Below, piece by piece: positions 1 through 15,149 of a stretch of DNA of 64,000 nt. The position numbers were made by a program, and so were the translations under genes. The stretch is taken from NCBI GenBank assembly GCA_964016885.1, contig OZ024741.1:210056001-210120000 (forward strand), given 5' to 3'. The notes under the pieces were generated by a model. The model ran no database searches. It was not told the DNA's origin and saw nothing but the letters and a program-made list of their open reading frames with translations. The stretch comes from Eledone cirrhosa. Taxonomy: Eukaryota. Every line of letters starts with the position of its first letter. Position 1 is the first letter of the stretch.

Positions 1-79
1 CGGGTAGAAATTGGCGAAACGCAACTTCTGTATTGTACAGACAAGCGCTCCATATAAAGATATTTACATATATGTATAT

Positions 80-2270
<2,191 letters not shown>

Positions 2271-2301
2271 ATAACCTTCGTTTTGTGTAGAAAATTACAC
2301 T

Positions 2302-2380
<79 letters not shown>

Positions 2381-2535
2381 AATATATATATATACATACA
2401 CACATATATATAGCGACATACAGCCAGACACATACGCACATATATATATCGACATACAGCCAGACACATACACACTCCCCCCCCCCACATATGTATATAT
2501 ATATATATATACATATATATTTATAGATATTTACA

Positions 2536-2573
<38 letters not shown>

Positions 2574-2997
2574 CACACATATATATATCGGCATACAGAC
2601 AGACACATACACACACACACACATATATCACACAACAACAACAACAACAACAACACTCGTTATCTTTATTTCTTTTTAATTAGAGCAAGTTTTAAATTTT
2701 CATGATATAAATTTGTATAAAACTTATATTTTTTGTTGCTATATTCGCTAAAATATTAATCATCGTAAGGTTAAATATTCAACAAATTTCGATTGGATAA
2801 TTCTATTTATTTATTTAATTTAATTTATCTTATTTTAGTTTATTTCGTTGTTTATTTAAAATTTTTTCCTGCATTAGTTTTAGTTTGAAGAATTCAGTAG
2901 AGTGTAATGAGTTTTAAAGTTCAAAATGATTTGAGAAAAATGGATTTATCTATTATTTTTTCTTCATTTTTCATTTTTAGTTCAACATATATACTTA

Positions 2998-3016
2998 ACT
3001 ACTGCTGTTGTTGCTC

Positions 3017-3075
<59 letters not shown>

Positions 3076-3106
3076 GTTGCTGCGGCTCCTGCTACTGCTG
3101 CTGCTG

Positions 3107-3160
<54 letters not shown>
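2998..3160. repeat. (TAC)n/(TGC)n trinucleotide microsatellite
   Basis: Direct reading. Confidence 0.95.
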
Positions 3161-3307
3161 TCGTTAGTAGTAGTACTAACGATAATGATCTTTAATGGCA
3201 ACGGAACTAAAAATACGGCTAGTAGGTTTACGACTTGTATACAGCGCCGTCATCAATCATGTCTTATATATATATATATGATATATATATATATATATAT
3301 ATATGTA

Positions 3308-3362
<55 letters not shown>

Positions 3363-3421
3363 GTATATATATATAAATATATATATATATATAAATGTAT
3401 ATATATATATATGTATATATA

Positions 3422-3464
<43 letters not shown>

Positions 3465-3487
3465 ATATATATATATATATATATACG

Positions 3488-3567
<80 letters not shown>

Positions 3568-3641
3568 GAGAGAGACACACGCACATATATATATATATGT
3601 ATGTCATCATCATCATCATCGATTAACGTCTATCTTCCACG

Positions 3642-3714
<73 letters not shown>

Positions 3715-3720
<6 letters not shown>

Positions 3721-4156
3721 TAAACAAATGGAAATAAACATTTATAAAACCATATTTATTTCATTATATATATTTCAGGGATATCATATTAAAAATATGG
3801 TATGCCCTCTTCAGACTAAATACAATATATAGACAGTTTTATAAATAAATTTGACATACCTTAGAGTTTACAACTTCCATTTAAAAAGTTGTTACGGTAG
3901 TAAATGGAAGTTGTAAACTCTAACGTATGTCAAATTTATTTATAAAACTGTCTATATATTGTATTTTGTCTGAAGAGGGCATACCATATTTTTAATATGA
4001 TATCCCTGAAATATATATAATGAAATAAATATGGTTTTATAAATGTAATTTCCATTTGTTTAATATCGTAAAATACTCCAAAACCAGTTGAGTGCTTTTA
4101 TATCAGTTATAAAATATTTACTTGTTGTAACCCAACATTTTAAATAAAACTTTTGC
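3715..4156. mobile_element. Non-autonomous fold-back hammerhead element, family A, in (TA)n
   Basis: Arms ~3715-3883 and 3901-4066, 17-nt loop, unique 3' extension to 4156; flanked by (TA)n; homologous to 37998-38458. Confidence 0.85.
3962..4027 (+). ncRNA. Minimal type I hammerhead ribozyme (mirror copy 3757-3822 on minus strand)
   Basis: Stem I TATTTTGT/ATGAAATA; core CTGAAGA 3970-3976; stem II GGGCATACCATATT/AATATGATATCCCT; GAAA 4008-4011; palindromic TATATA; TA. Confidence 0.8.
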
Positions 4157-4373
4157 ATATATATATATATATGGGAGGAGGTTCTTATTACACATATTCA
4201 AACGTTTATATATATATATATATATATATAAAGAAAAAACGATGAAATCTAAAATGCAACTGGAGTCTTATTTAAAAAAAAATATATATATTTATTTGGT
4301 TCCTTTACTGGTTTTGCAGTTCTTCTGCTTTTCAAAAGTATAGTTGAGATGGAGGGTCTGTGGTTTGTCTCAC

Positions 4374-4412
<39 letters not shown>

Positions 4413-4417
<5 letters not shown>

Positions 4418-5046
4418 GTGAGACAAACCACAGACCTTATGTCAGGTCACCAGTTGGTGCTACTGGTAACATGTATCCCAGTACAACCTGTCCCATGGTC
4501 GGGTCGTTGGCGACTAAACTGGCAACCCCACCAAGGTTTCTTGGTGAGGAGGGTGACTTTGGACATCCTGCAGGACTAAAAACAAAACCTGTCAAAGGGC
4601 AAAGGAGCTCTTAAGAGTCAATGGCCATCCAAAATCACCGGGAGAGATGACCCCTTAGCCTTTGTCAAGGCAGAATTCTAGGAGAAGGAAAACTCTGATA
4701 TAACACCTGCAACCCTGATGGTATCCAATGATGTTGACTTGTTCTTCTTTTTGGTAAATATCATCTTGGTTAAGAGAGTGGGACTGGCTTTGTGCAGTGC
4801 CTTTGCTCACTATAAAAGCTTCACGGCACAGGCATTGCTTTATATCTGGAGATCTCTCTGCACTTGTCGTCACATGGTACCATTGGCCCAGCACTATGTG
4901 TCAGTAATTGTCACAGGTGTAGTGTTTGTACCAGAGTTTTCAAGTCGCTGGCTGGACTAAAAAGTCACACTCGTTCAGCGCATCGGTAGGGGTTCTCCTA
5001 CATGGATATAAAGTAGTGGCCGTACTCGAAAACGAGTTGGCAGCCA

Positions 5047-5049
<3 letters not shown>
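4413..5049 (+). mobile_element. Young non-coding retroposon (SINE or non-autonomous LINE-like), copy 1
   Basis: Near-identical to 10833-11392; 3' terminal stem-loop GTGGC..ACTCG-AAAA-CGAGT..GCCAC; bounded by (TA)n. Confidence 0.8.
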
Positions 5050-5125
<76 letters not shown>

Positions 5126-5194
5126 TATATATATATACATATATAAATATATATATATATACATATATATAAGTATATATATATACATATATAA

Positions 5195-5248
<54 letters not shown>

Positions 5249-5378
5249 GTGTGTCTGTGTGTGTATATTTGTGTATGTATATACTTATATATATATACAT
5301 ATATATACATATATATATGCGCATATGTATATATATGTGTATTAATGTGTATTAATACATACATATATATATATATAT

Positions 5379-5557
5379 AATTGTTTCCACTTTTGGCACA
5401 AGGCCAGCAATTACTCAGTGTATTACCGGTACTTTATTTTATCGACCCCGTAAGGATGAAAGGCAAAGTCAACCTCGGCGGGATTTGAACTCAGATCGTA
5501 AAGGGACGTAACTATGCTGCAAAGCATGGCGTCCGACCCTCTATCGATACTGCCAAA
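5379..5557 (-). mobile_element. tRNA-derived SINE (most abundant family in window)
   Basis: Minus strand has A-box-like TGGCAGTATCGATAG, B-box GAGTTCAAATCC, conserved GCCTTTCATCCTTACGGGGTCGATAAAA block and AT-rich tail. Confidence 0.85.
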
Positions 5558-5711
5558 ATGAGAGATAGATAGAGAAATAGAGAAATAGAGAGAATAGAGA
5601 AAGAAAGAGAGAGGGAGATAAAGAAAGAGGGATAGAGAGAGACAAGATAGAGACAAAGAGCAACAATAGATGACGTTTCTCCGCAAACCTCTGCATGTTT
5701 TAACATTAATA

Positions 5712-5978
5712 TTTGGCAGTATCGGCAGAGGGTCGGACGCCATGCTTTCCAGCATAGTTACGTCCCTTCACGATCTGAGTTCAAATCCCTCCGAGGTTGA
5801 CTTTGCCTTTCATCCTTACGGGGTCGATAAAATAAAGTACCAGTAATGCACTGGATAATTGCTGACCTTGTGCCAAAAGTAGAAACATTATTATTATTAT
5901 TATTATTTACGGGGTCGATAAAATAAAGTACCAGTAATGCACTGGGTAATTGCTGGCCTTGTGCCTAAAGTAGAAACA
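5712..5978 (+). mobile_element. Same SINE family: full copy plus duplicated 3' half
   Basis: GAGTTCAAATCCC...CCTTTCATCCTTACGGGGTCGATAAAA; (ATT)n tail then repeat of the 3' part. Confidence 0.85.
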
Positions 5979-6223
5979 AATATTTATGTTACAAGTCAAC
6001 TTATATGGTAACGTTTGAAACTACAAATAAATATATTTCAGCAGTTCCTGAAATTGTCAATTATAGATTATCATATCTTGGCGTAGAAATATCAAATTAT
6101 ATTACAGCAAATAATTATTTCAATTTGAAATTTGTCCTCTCCCACCCCTCTCTCTCTCCCTCCATTACCATCTCCCTCTTCGATATCTCATCGATATATA
6201 GACATATAGGCGAGGATGTTTGT

Positions 6224-6288
<65 letters not shown>

Positions 6289-6904
6289 ATCAAAAATGTT
6301 CATATATACTTACATGAAGATACATATTTATATGTATATGCATATGTACATATACATATATATATGCATATATACATGTACATATATACACACACACATA
6401 AATATATATATATATTATAATTATACATTTACAACAAATATATATATATTCATATATATATATTTATATTAAAAGTTATATATATATATATACATATACA
6501 TACATATATACATATACACATACATTGCCACATCAATACACACTTATACATATTCACATAAATATAAATATACATATACATATATACACACATATATAGA
6601 CACAATCAAAGAAATGGTTTCAATGTAACACTTAACTCCTAGCTCTTAAAATATCTGTAAGTCAGTAAGACTGAAAGAAATATCACGCCAGTTTTAATGG
6701 CGCCCATTTTAAGTTTGTAATGTTATCTCTATTATATATCGTTATATATCGTTATATGTCGTTATATATATGCCATGTGATAACCTCTGATGATTAGATA
6801 TGTTTAGATATCAGAATTGAAAATGCCAACTGATTAAAGTCCATATCAACAAAACTAGTTTTATATCTCCTGTCATGGAAGCTCAGGTTACAAAAATTTA
6901 AATC

Positions 6905-7752
6905 AATTGTTTCTACTTTTTGGCACAATGCCAGCATTTACCCAGTGTATTACTGGTACTTTATTTTATCGACCCCATAAGGATGAAAGGCAAAGTTAAC
7001 CTCGGCGGGATTTGAACTCAGAATGGCAAGGGCCGTAACTCTATACGTCAAAGCATGGCATCCGACCCTCTACCGATACAGCCAATCCACTGATTTCTGA
7101 TTTAGGCAAGAGGCTAGCAATTGGGAGAGAAGGGAAAGTCGATTATATCGAGCCCAGTGCATTACTGGTATATGTATAATAATAATTATGATAATGGTAT
7201 CTTATTTAGGCAGAAGGCCATAAGGATGAAAGGCAAAATTAACCTCGGCGGGATTTGAACTCAGAATGGCAAGGGCCGTAACTCTATGCGTCAAAGCATG
7301 GCGTCCGACCCTCTACCGATACTGCCAATCCACTGATTTCTGATTTAGGCAAGAGGCTAGCAATTGGGGGAAAGTGGAAAGTCGATTATATCGACCCCAG
7401 TGCATTACTGGTACTTTATTTTTATCGACCCCTTAAGGGTAAAATGCAAAGCTAACCTCGGTGGGATTTGAAATCAGAATGTAAAGAGCCGTAACTCTGC
7501 ACCACAAAGCATGTTTTCCGACGCTCTACCGTTACTGCCAATCCTCCACCCTACATTAACTAAATAATTGTTTCTACTTTTGGCACAAGGCCAGCAATTA
7601 CCCGAGTGCATTACTGGTGCTTTATTTTATCGACTATGTGTAAGGATGAAAGGCAAAGTTAACCTCGGCGCGTTTTGAACTCAGATCTTAAAGGGCCGTA
7701 ACTCTATGTGTCAAAGCATGGCGTCCGACCCTCTACGGATACTGCCAATCCG
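6905..7752 (-). mobile_element. Cluster of about 4 tandem SINE copies (same family)
   Basis: Repeated AGGATGAAAGGCAAAGTTAACCTCGGCGGGATTTGAACTCAG blocks near 6980, 7223, 7440 and 7643. Confidence 0.85.
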
Positions 7753-7754
7753 AA

Positions 7755-8300
7755 TGGTTTCTGGGTTGGTATATATCTTGTATCTTCCATAATAATAGAT
7801 ATGAAGCTGAACCAGTATTGTATCTTAGGTACTGGGTCTGCAAATTTCTCATCAATGATCCGTAGATATTCCTCTTCGCTTGTATTTTTCTTACTACATT
7901 GACATCTAGTGAGCTCCTGATTTCTACAACAGAGCATGTTTTTAATCTGTGTCCTAAATACCATATCAGGCCGGTTGTGTTTTAATTTGGTTGTAGGTTT
8001 TATTTTTATGTTCCACCAGTATTCATGTCAGCCATCAATCTCAACATTTTCCTCCCTATTTATGGCCATTTTTATATTCTGTAATGCAATCCAGATTGTT
8101 CTGGCTAACAAATCCTGCCACATGAGAAAGTAGCAATGAGAAGATAATCTTTCATATTTGGCGATAATATGGCTGACATATTCGGTCTTGGTTTCGCACA
8201 ATCTACATTTATTCTCAACTGATGACTTTTCTCTTTTGCCCAGTAGCCACTTGATGGGGATTTTCTTGTTTCCGGATTGCATGGAGGTATCTTTAAAGGT
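7755..8300 (-). pseudogene. C-terminal fragment of a non-LTR retrotransposon with restriction-like endonuclease (R4/NeSL-type)
   Basis: Minus-strand translation CRLCETKTEYVSHII (decayed CCHC) followed by YWWNIKI...KHNRPD motif; frameshifted. Confidence 0.7.
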
Positions 8301-8361
8301 AAAACACGAACGAATTCTAACATATACGTGAAAATACATACACACACACACGCACACACAA

Positions 8362-8396
<35 letters not shown>

Positions 8397-8449
8397 CGTG
8401 AAAGTACACATACACACATACATACACACACACACAAACGTACACACTT

Positions 8450-10790
8450 ATGACCCCACAGACAAAACAAAAAGTCACAGACACACACGTGGAAATACAG
8501 AGAGATTGTTCCATTCCTATTGAACCTGTGAACCATGAGATGTCTGATGCACCTTCTCTTGCAGAGGTGACTTCTGCTGTGCATAAGCTGAACTGTGGTA
8601 AGTCTCCTGGTATGGATGGTCTGAGTGTAGAGGTTTGGAAGGGCCGTGGTGAAAACTTCACGCAGCGCCTGACTGACCTCATAAAAAAGGTGTGGGAAGA
8701 TGAGAATGTCCCACAAGATTGGCAGGATGCGCTCATGGTGATTCTCCATAAAGGAAAGGGTGGGAAAGACAAATGTGGAAATTATCGTGGCATATCACTT
8801 CTTTCAGTAATTGATAAAATCATGTGTCGATATTTGATGGATAGATTTATCTCAAAGGTTGCTCTAAATGAGTTGCAGTGTGGGTTCAGAGGAACAGTGG
8901 AAATGATCTTTTCTGCTCGACAGCTACAAGAAAAGTGTATCGAACAATGTATGAACCTTTACCAGGTCTTTGTTGACTTGACAAAGGCCTTTGACACCAT
9001 CAAACGAACTGCGTTGTGGAAAATTTTGGAAAAGCTTGGCTGCCCTCCAAAGTTTGTGAAAATTCTGCGTCTTTTTCATGATGTCACGAAGGCTTGGGTC
9101 AGTATTGGTGGTAGCATCTCTGAACCAATATCAGTTGAAAATGGAGTGAAGCATGGGGACATTCCTGCTCCAACTCTCAGACTCAGAAGCTCCCGCGTCT
9201 TGCGACGCATGAGGCAATCATAGTGTTCCACCGCGTTCGGTCAGCAGCCAGTTGCACAGCGTCCCGCCATTGTCTGTTCGTCGCTCGCAGGTCCCTCTCA
9301 ACTGTCTGGCGCCAGTTCATTTTGGGTCGCCCTCTCCGTCTGCTTCCCTGTGGGTTCCATTTAAGCACTTGGTTCGCCAGTCTCTCCGGGGGAAGTCTCA
9401 AAGCGTGCCCAAACCAGCCCAGGCGTCGCTTGCAGATGGCAGAAGAGATCAGCTGCTGGTTGGTGCGGTTCCTGACTTCCTGGTTTGTTACATGGTCACT
9501 CCATTTAATCCCCAGGATCTTTCGCAGACACCTGGAATCGAATGCGTCCAACTTCTTCCCTTGGCTGGTCTTAAGGTGCCATGTTTCACTTCTGTACAAC
9601 TCTGTTTCCCTTATATTTTACGATAGTGTTTCTGGAAAAATTGTTCGCATGGAGTTTACATCAGGGTATCGCTCTTCAAGAAGGTTGTTCAACATCAGGC
9701 GCTTTGGTGCAAGCACGAATGTATTAACATCTATAATCCGAGTGTTTTTGTATGCAGATGAATGCGATCTTATTGCACACTCACAAAGTGACATACAGCA
9801 TAATATGAACTCTTTTTCTGAAGCTTGCAGCGCTTTGGGCTTCATAATAAGCTTGGAAAAGACTGTTGTGATGCACCAGCCAACACATGGGAAAGAATAC
9901 ACTACACCAAGTGTTTACGTGTATGGAAAGAGGATAAAAGTTGCTGGCAAGTTTGTTTACCTTGGTAGTACGTTGAACACAATTCATGCACATTTGATGA
10001 TGAGATATCCTTAAGAATCAAGAAAGCCAATGATGCTTTTAGACGGCTGAATGAACGTTTATGGTCCAGACGAGGTATCACCATTGAAACCAAGGTAAAA
10101 GTGTATCTGACTTGTGTCGTCTCCTCTTTGCTTCATGCTTGTGAAACGTGGGTCACGTACAGAAAGCACCTCAAAGACCTGGAAAGGTCTCACCAATAAT
10201 CTCTCCGTAAGATACTATTGGGGTGCGATGTAAAATGTTCGTCGATGATTTGGAAGTGCTCGGAGCAGGTGCATGAGTATAGAGAGCATGGTCTTTGGGC
10301 ATCGGTTGGGGTGGTGCGGTCACGTGGTGCCGATGTTTGATGATCATATTCCAAAGCAACTTCTCTACGGAGAACTGTCCAGGAAGGCGACCACCACACA
10401 TACCAAAAATGCGGTACCGGGACTGTGTCAGGGGCACCTTAGCTTGTACTAGAATTTCATCTAACGAATAGCAGAAAATGGCTGAGGAGCATGTGAAGTG
10501 GAGACGTTTTGATCAAGTCAGGGAGCAAAGCTGGCTTGATTAAACATGAACAAAGTCATATCAGTAGATTTTGATCTGAAAAGGTGTAAGGAATGTGGCA
10601 AGGAATGTGCAAGTATGGGAGGTCTTAAAAGACACATGAGAACACAGTCAGAACAAAGTCCCAGAAGAGCCTACAGTTGCCATATATGTGCCAGATGGTG
10701 CAAGTCTTTGGCTGGTTTAAAGACCCACATTCGTGCCTCACATTTTTGAACATTTTATCGGGCGATGGCAATGCTCGAACACGAGTTTGC
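8450..10790 (+). mobile_element. 5'-truncated, decayed RTE-clade LINE (reverse transcriptase plus C-terminal C2H2 fingers)
   Basis: KSPGMDG, NYRGISLLS, QCGFR, FVDLTKAFD, GVKHGDIPAPTL, FLYADE, FVYLGS; C-terminal CKECGK..H and CHICAR..H..H; stops and frameshifts. Confidence 0.92.
9178..9596 (-). mobile_element. Nested 3' fragment of a second RTE-clade LINE
   Basis: SETW..LDAFDSRCLRKILGIKW..RRLGWFGH..RGRPK; (CTGAGT)n-like tail; flanking CAACTCT duplication at 9171-9177 and 9597-9603. Confidence 0.88.
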
Positions 10791-10832
10791 ACCCATCATG
10801 TATATGTATGTATTTATGCCTGTATGTCTGCA

Positions 10833-11392
10833 TGTCCCATGGTCGGGTCGTTGGCGACTAAACTGGCAACCCCACCAAGGTTTCTTGGTGAGGAGGGTGA
10901 CTTTGGACATCCTGCAGGACTAAAAACAAAACCTGTCAAAGGGCAAAGGAGCTCTTAAGAGTCAATGGCCATCCAAAATCACCGGGAGAGATGACCCCTT
11001 AGCCTTTGTCAAGGCAGAATTCTAGGAGAAGGAAAACTCTGATATAACACCTGCAACCCTGATGGTATCCAATGATGTTGACTTGTTCTTCTTTTTGGTA
11101 AATATCATCTTGGTTAAGAGAGTGGGACTGGCTTTGTGCAGTGCCTTTGCTCACTATAAAAGCTTCACGGCACAGGCATTGCTTTATATCTGGAGATCTC
11201 TCTGCACTTGTCGTCACATGGTACCATGGGCCCAGCACTATGTGTCAGTAATTGTCACAAGTGTAGTGTTTGTACCAGAGTTTTCAAGTCGCTGGCTGGA
11301 CTAAAAAGTCACACTCGTTCAGCGCATCGGTAGGGGTTCTCCTACATGGATATAAAGTAGTGGCCGTACTCGAAAACGAGTTGGCAGCCACC
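10833..11392 (+). mobile_element. Young non-coding retroposon, copy 2 (5'-truncated)
   Basis: Near-identical to ~4489-5049; 12-bp target-site duplication ATGTCTGCATGT at 10824-10835 and 11393-11404. Confidence 0.85.
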
Positions 11393-11456
11393 ATGTCTGC
11401 ATGTATGTGGGTGTGCATGTATATATGTATGTATTTGTATGTATGTATGTATATGC

Positions 11457-11491
<35 letters not shown>

Positions 11492-11571
11492 GGGAGGGTC
11501 ATATATTTGTGTAATAAATAAACAGACTAAATAAAGATGGCGTAAGCATACAATGCAACGGGGGAAACATA

Positions 11572-11625
11572 ATAGCAACACTGACGATGTTGCAGATGTG
11601 CAACGAAAGAACTTTGATAGACTAT
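11572..11625 (+). ncRNA. Partly decayed minimal hammerhead motif inside an old fold-back element (~11488-11860)
   Basis: CTGACGA 11581-11587; stem II GTTGCA/TGCAAC; GAAA 11605-11608; stems I and III imperfect; element has inverted repeat 11488-11517/11779-11808. Confidence 0.55.
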
Positions 11626-11862
11626 ATATATGTGTTTGGGTCTATATTGTATCTATATTTTTGACCGTTGGTCAGTCAATGGCAACATTGAGGACCGAAT
11701 AAATTAAATAACCGATATAAAAGACACAGAAGCGAAAACCAACCAAACAGTGAGTGTGTTCTGTTATTAATTCTGGCAATATTACACAAATATGACCCTT
11801 CCCAATATTTGTTTCGACACACGATTTCATATAAAAAACCTCGCAAAACTAATTCATCGCTG

Positions 11863-11902
<40 letters not shown>

Positions 11903-12076
11903 ATATATATATATATACATATTTATGTATACATATATATATATAGGTATTGAAGTTTCCGTTGAAAATTGAAAAAGTCATAGGAGTGAAGAGTGCTCTA
12001 TGTAAGTACCAGAGCAAAGTTCTATGTATAATAAACAATACAATATAATATTGTATTGTTTATTATACATTATATA

Positions 12077-12107
<31 letters not shown>

Positions 12108-12737
12108 GTATGTATGTATGTATGCATGCATGCATATATGTATGTATTTATGTATGCTTATACGAATGTATGTGTATGTATATATGTGTGTGTGTGCCTG
12201 TGTTTGTGTTCCGTAACACAATGGTTTGAAAAAACAAATAATAGAACCACAAAAAAGTACTAAACTCACAAAAAGATAAGTAGTGAGGTCGATATTGTCG
12301 ACTAAATTCCTTTCCTTTCATGGCGGTGCTCCAGCATGGTCGCTGACTAATAACTGAAGCCAGTAAAAAAATATATATAAATGCATAAAGGAATAAAAAA
12401 TTCTACATATGATTTTTTTTAAAACATTAGACGAGGCCAAACCGTTATCTTAATTCTTCGTCAGCTGTTGGTACTTTAGGAGATTTAAGAAGTATTATGA
12501 ACGAAAAGCTTATCAAATAAGACGATAAGAAATTAAAATCGAAATTTGAGCAGATGTTTGCGATTTGTTTTAATTCTTTTATCTCTGAAGAAAGTGTTAA
12601 ATTTATTGGCAAGTGTTGATCCTTTCCCGACGAACGGTGAGGAGCTTTCAAGCTCTCTGTCAATCATTTCATTATGAAGAACGATTAAAAATAATACACA
12701 CACACACACATACCCCCCCCACACACATACCCCCCCC

Positions 12738-12768
<31 letters not shown>

Positions 12769-12885
12769 ACACGAAATATCGAAGAAAATATTTGTTAAAT
12801 TTTATTTTCTATGGTGAAATCTGTTTTCTTGTCTTGGGACTGCCATCTTATCGCAGGACAAAAAGGAGAAAAATCGATATTCAAA

Positions 12886-14619
12886 TTAACCCTTTCGTTT
12901 CCATATTTCTGATGAAAGATAATGCTTATGATTTTCATTTAAAATAACAAATGAAAATAATCAGAAATTAAGTGGGATTTACTAATATTACTAAATGTAT
13001 CATTATTAATCTGGTGTTAGGAACATAACATAAAATTATGGTGGAAAATGTTTAGATAAATATAAACAATTTAACATTTTGGTTACCATATTTCTAATGG
13101 AAGACACTGCTTATGATTTTCAGATCATTTCTGAAAATAATTAACACTCTTTGTGAATTCAGTATTAAATTGGTTTGGGGGCATAACTTAACAAACGTTC
13201 TTACATAAAACTATGATGAAATATATTTGATAAATGTAAGCAATTGAACCTTTTCAGTACCGTATTTCTCATGAAAGCCTGGGTTCAACGTTAAAAAAAA
13301 AAAAAAATTTAGAGGAATTTAGTATCTTGACTAACTTTCTCATTAAGTTAGTGTTTGGAACATAACTTAACAAATGTTCTTACAATAAATTATGATGGAA
13401 TGTTTTTAGATAAATATAAACACTTGAACCCTTTTGTTACCATATTTCTAATGAAAGACACTAGCCGGATTTTCAAATAAATTTTGAAAATAATCAAGAA
13501 TTTGAAAGTATATATATAATATAACTAACTTTCTCATTATTAAGCTGGTGTTTGGAATATAACTTAACAGATGTTCTTACATAAAATTATCATGGAAGAT
13601 TTCTAGATAATTCTAAACACTTTAACCCTTTTGTTATTATCATAATATAATAAAGGGAGGAGTGCGGGATGCATCCTGAATATATATTTTTTATCCCGTT
13701 TGTAAAATAAGTTGGATTACTTTGAATAAATAATTGTTTCTACGTTAGGCACAAGGCCAGCAATTACCCAGTGTATTACTGGTACTTTATTTTATCGACC
13801 CCGTAAGGATGAAAGGCAAAGTTAACCTCGGCGAGATTTGAACTCAGAATGGCAAGGGCTGTAACTCTGTGCGTCAAAGAATGGCGTCCGACCCTCTACC
13901 GATACTGCCAATCCACCGCCTTGGATTACTTTGAATAAATAATGAATGAATATTACATAATTTATGTACTAAATTTCGTAACTGTTGATTAAATATAAAT
14001 GATTTTATTGCTTATTTCAAGTTTTCAAATGTCAACATTTCCGGTTAGCGGCCGTTATATTATAACACTTATTACATCGCTTATATAAACGTTCATATAT
14101 TTGCATCGTTATATAAGGTTTATATTTCCGTCGCTAATTTTCTCCTAATGCAGTTTATATATAATATCGTCTTTTTTAAATGTATCATGGATTACTTTAC
14201 TTATTACAGAAGACAGTGTAACACAGTCTCTCTTCAATTTCTGTGCATATTCTCAATTACGATTTTATTTGACGTATTATATCTAAATGCATATATATTT
14301 GCATATAATATCAATATACACACTACACATACTAGCAGAAAAGCACCTGAACGGTGGTTTTTCTGCTAGTATTTCTAATGAAAGACACTAGCAAGATTTT
14401 CAAATAAATTTGAAAATAATCAAGAAATTGCGAGTATATATATATATGATATAACTAACTTTCTCATTATTAAGTTGATGCTTGGAATATAACATAACAA
14501 ATGTCCATACGTAAAGTTATGATGGAAGGTTGTTGAATAAATATAAATACTTTAAATTAAAAGCTTTTGTATCATAGAACCAGAGGCAGCTTCAGGCAGT
14601 TTCCTTTCAACAGGGTTAA
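12886..14619. repeat. AT-rich degenerate ~180-190-bp tandem repeat, possibly inside a TTAA-ended MITE
   Basis: Units starting TTAACCCTTT.GTTACCATATTTCT near 12886, 13071, 13246, 13425 and 13622; related unit at 14370; ends TTAACCCT...AGGGTTAA. Confidence 0.6.
13735..13920 (-). mobile_element. Full-length SINE with long target-site duplication
   Basis: TTGGATTACTTTGAATAAATAAT at both 13712-13734 and 13921-13943. Confidence 0.9.
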
Positions 14620-15149
14620 AGTCTTCATGTTTAAATCGGGACCAATTACTTATATCCTTTTCACTAGGAATTTCTGATCTCAAATTCTCCGTTTAGACGC
14701 ACAGACACACACATGCATGTGTGTGTAGGTGTCTATGTGTAAGTATATGTATGTGTGCGTGTGTCTATATATGCATGCGTCTGTGTATATGAGCGTGTGT
14801 GTATAGATGTGTATGTTTGTGTTTGAAGGGCACATGGTGAAGCGTTGTGTCCTTGAGCAAAACACTTTATTTCAGATTGCTCCTGTCAACTCAGCAGTTT
14901 TAAATGAGTTGTCCCTGTAATTGAAAGGATCAAACTTATCACACAATGTGGAATGCTGAATCTCCCCGAGAATTACTTTAAGGAGTCACGTGTCTATGGA
15001 ATAATCAGCCTCTTGCACCTTTTTTTTCCATTTCACGGTCAGGTTCATTTGATTGAACAACTTATACACTCATCGCTGAAACAAACGGACGCACATTTAT
15101 TTCAAATATTGTGAAACTGTACAATAGATTATTTTTGCGGTGAATTGAG

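Noticed and set aside
3215-3265. Minus-strand TTGATGA-CGGC..GTCG-TAAA possible hammerhead
   Set aside because: Both core boxes mutated and stems I and III not supportable
6780-6835. CTGATGA...GAAA possible hammerhead
   Set aside because: No credible stem III, cleavage triplet or stem I
10546-10749. Host C2H2 zinc-finger gene
   Set aside because: Collinear with the C-terminal end of the RTE ORF; best read as part of the LINE
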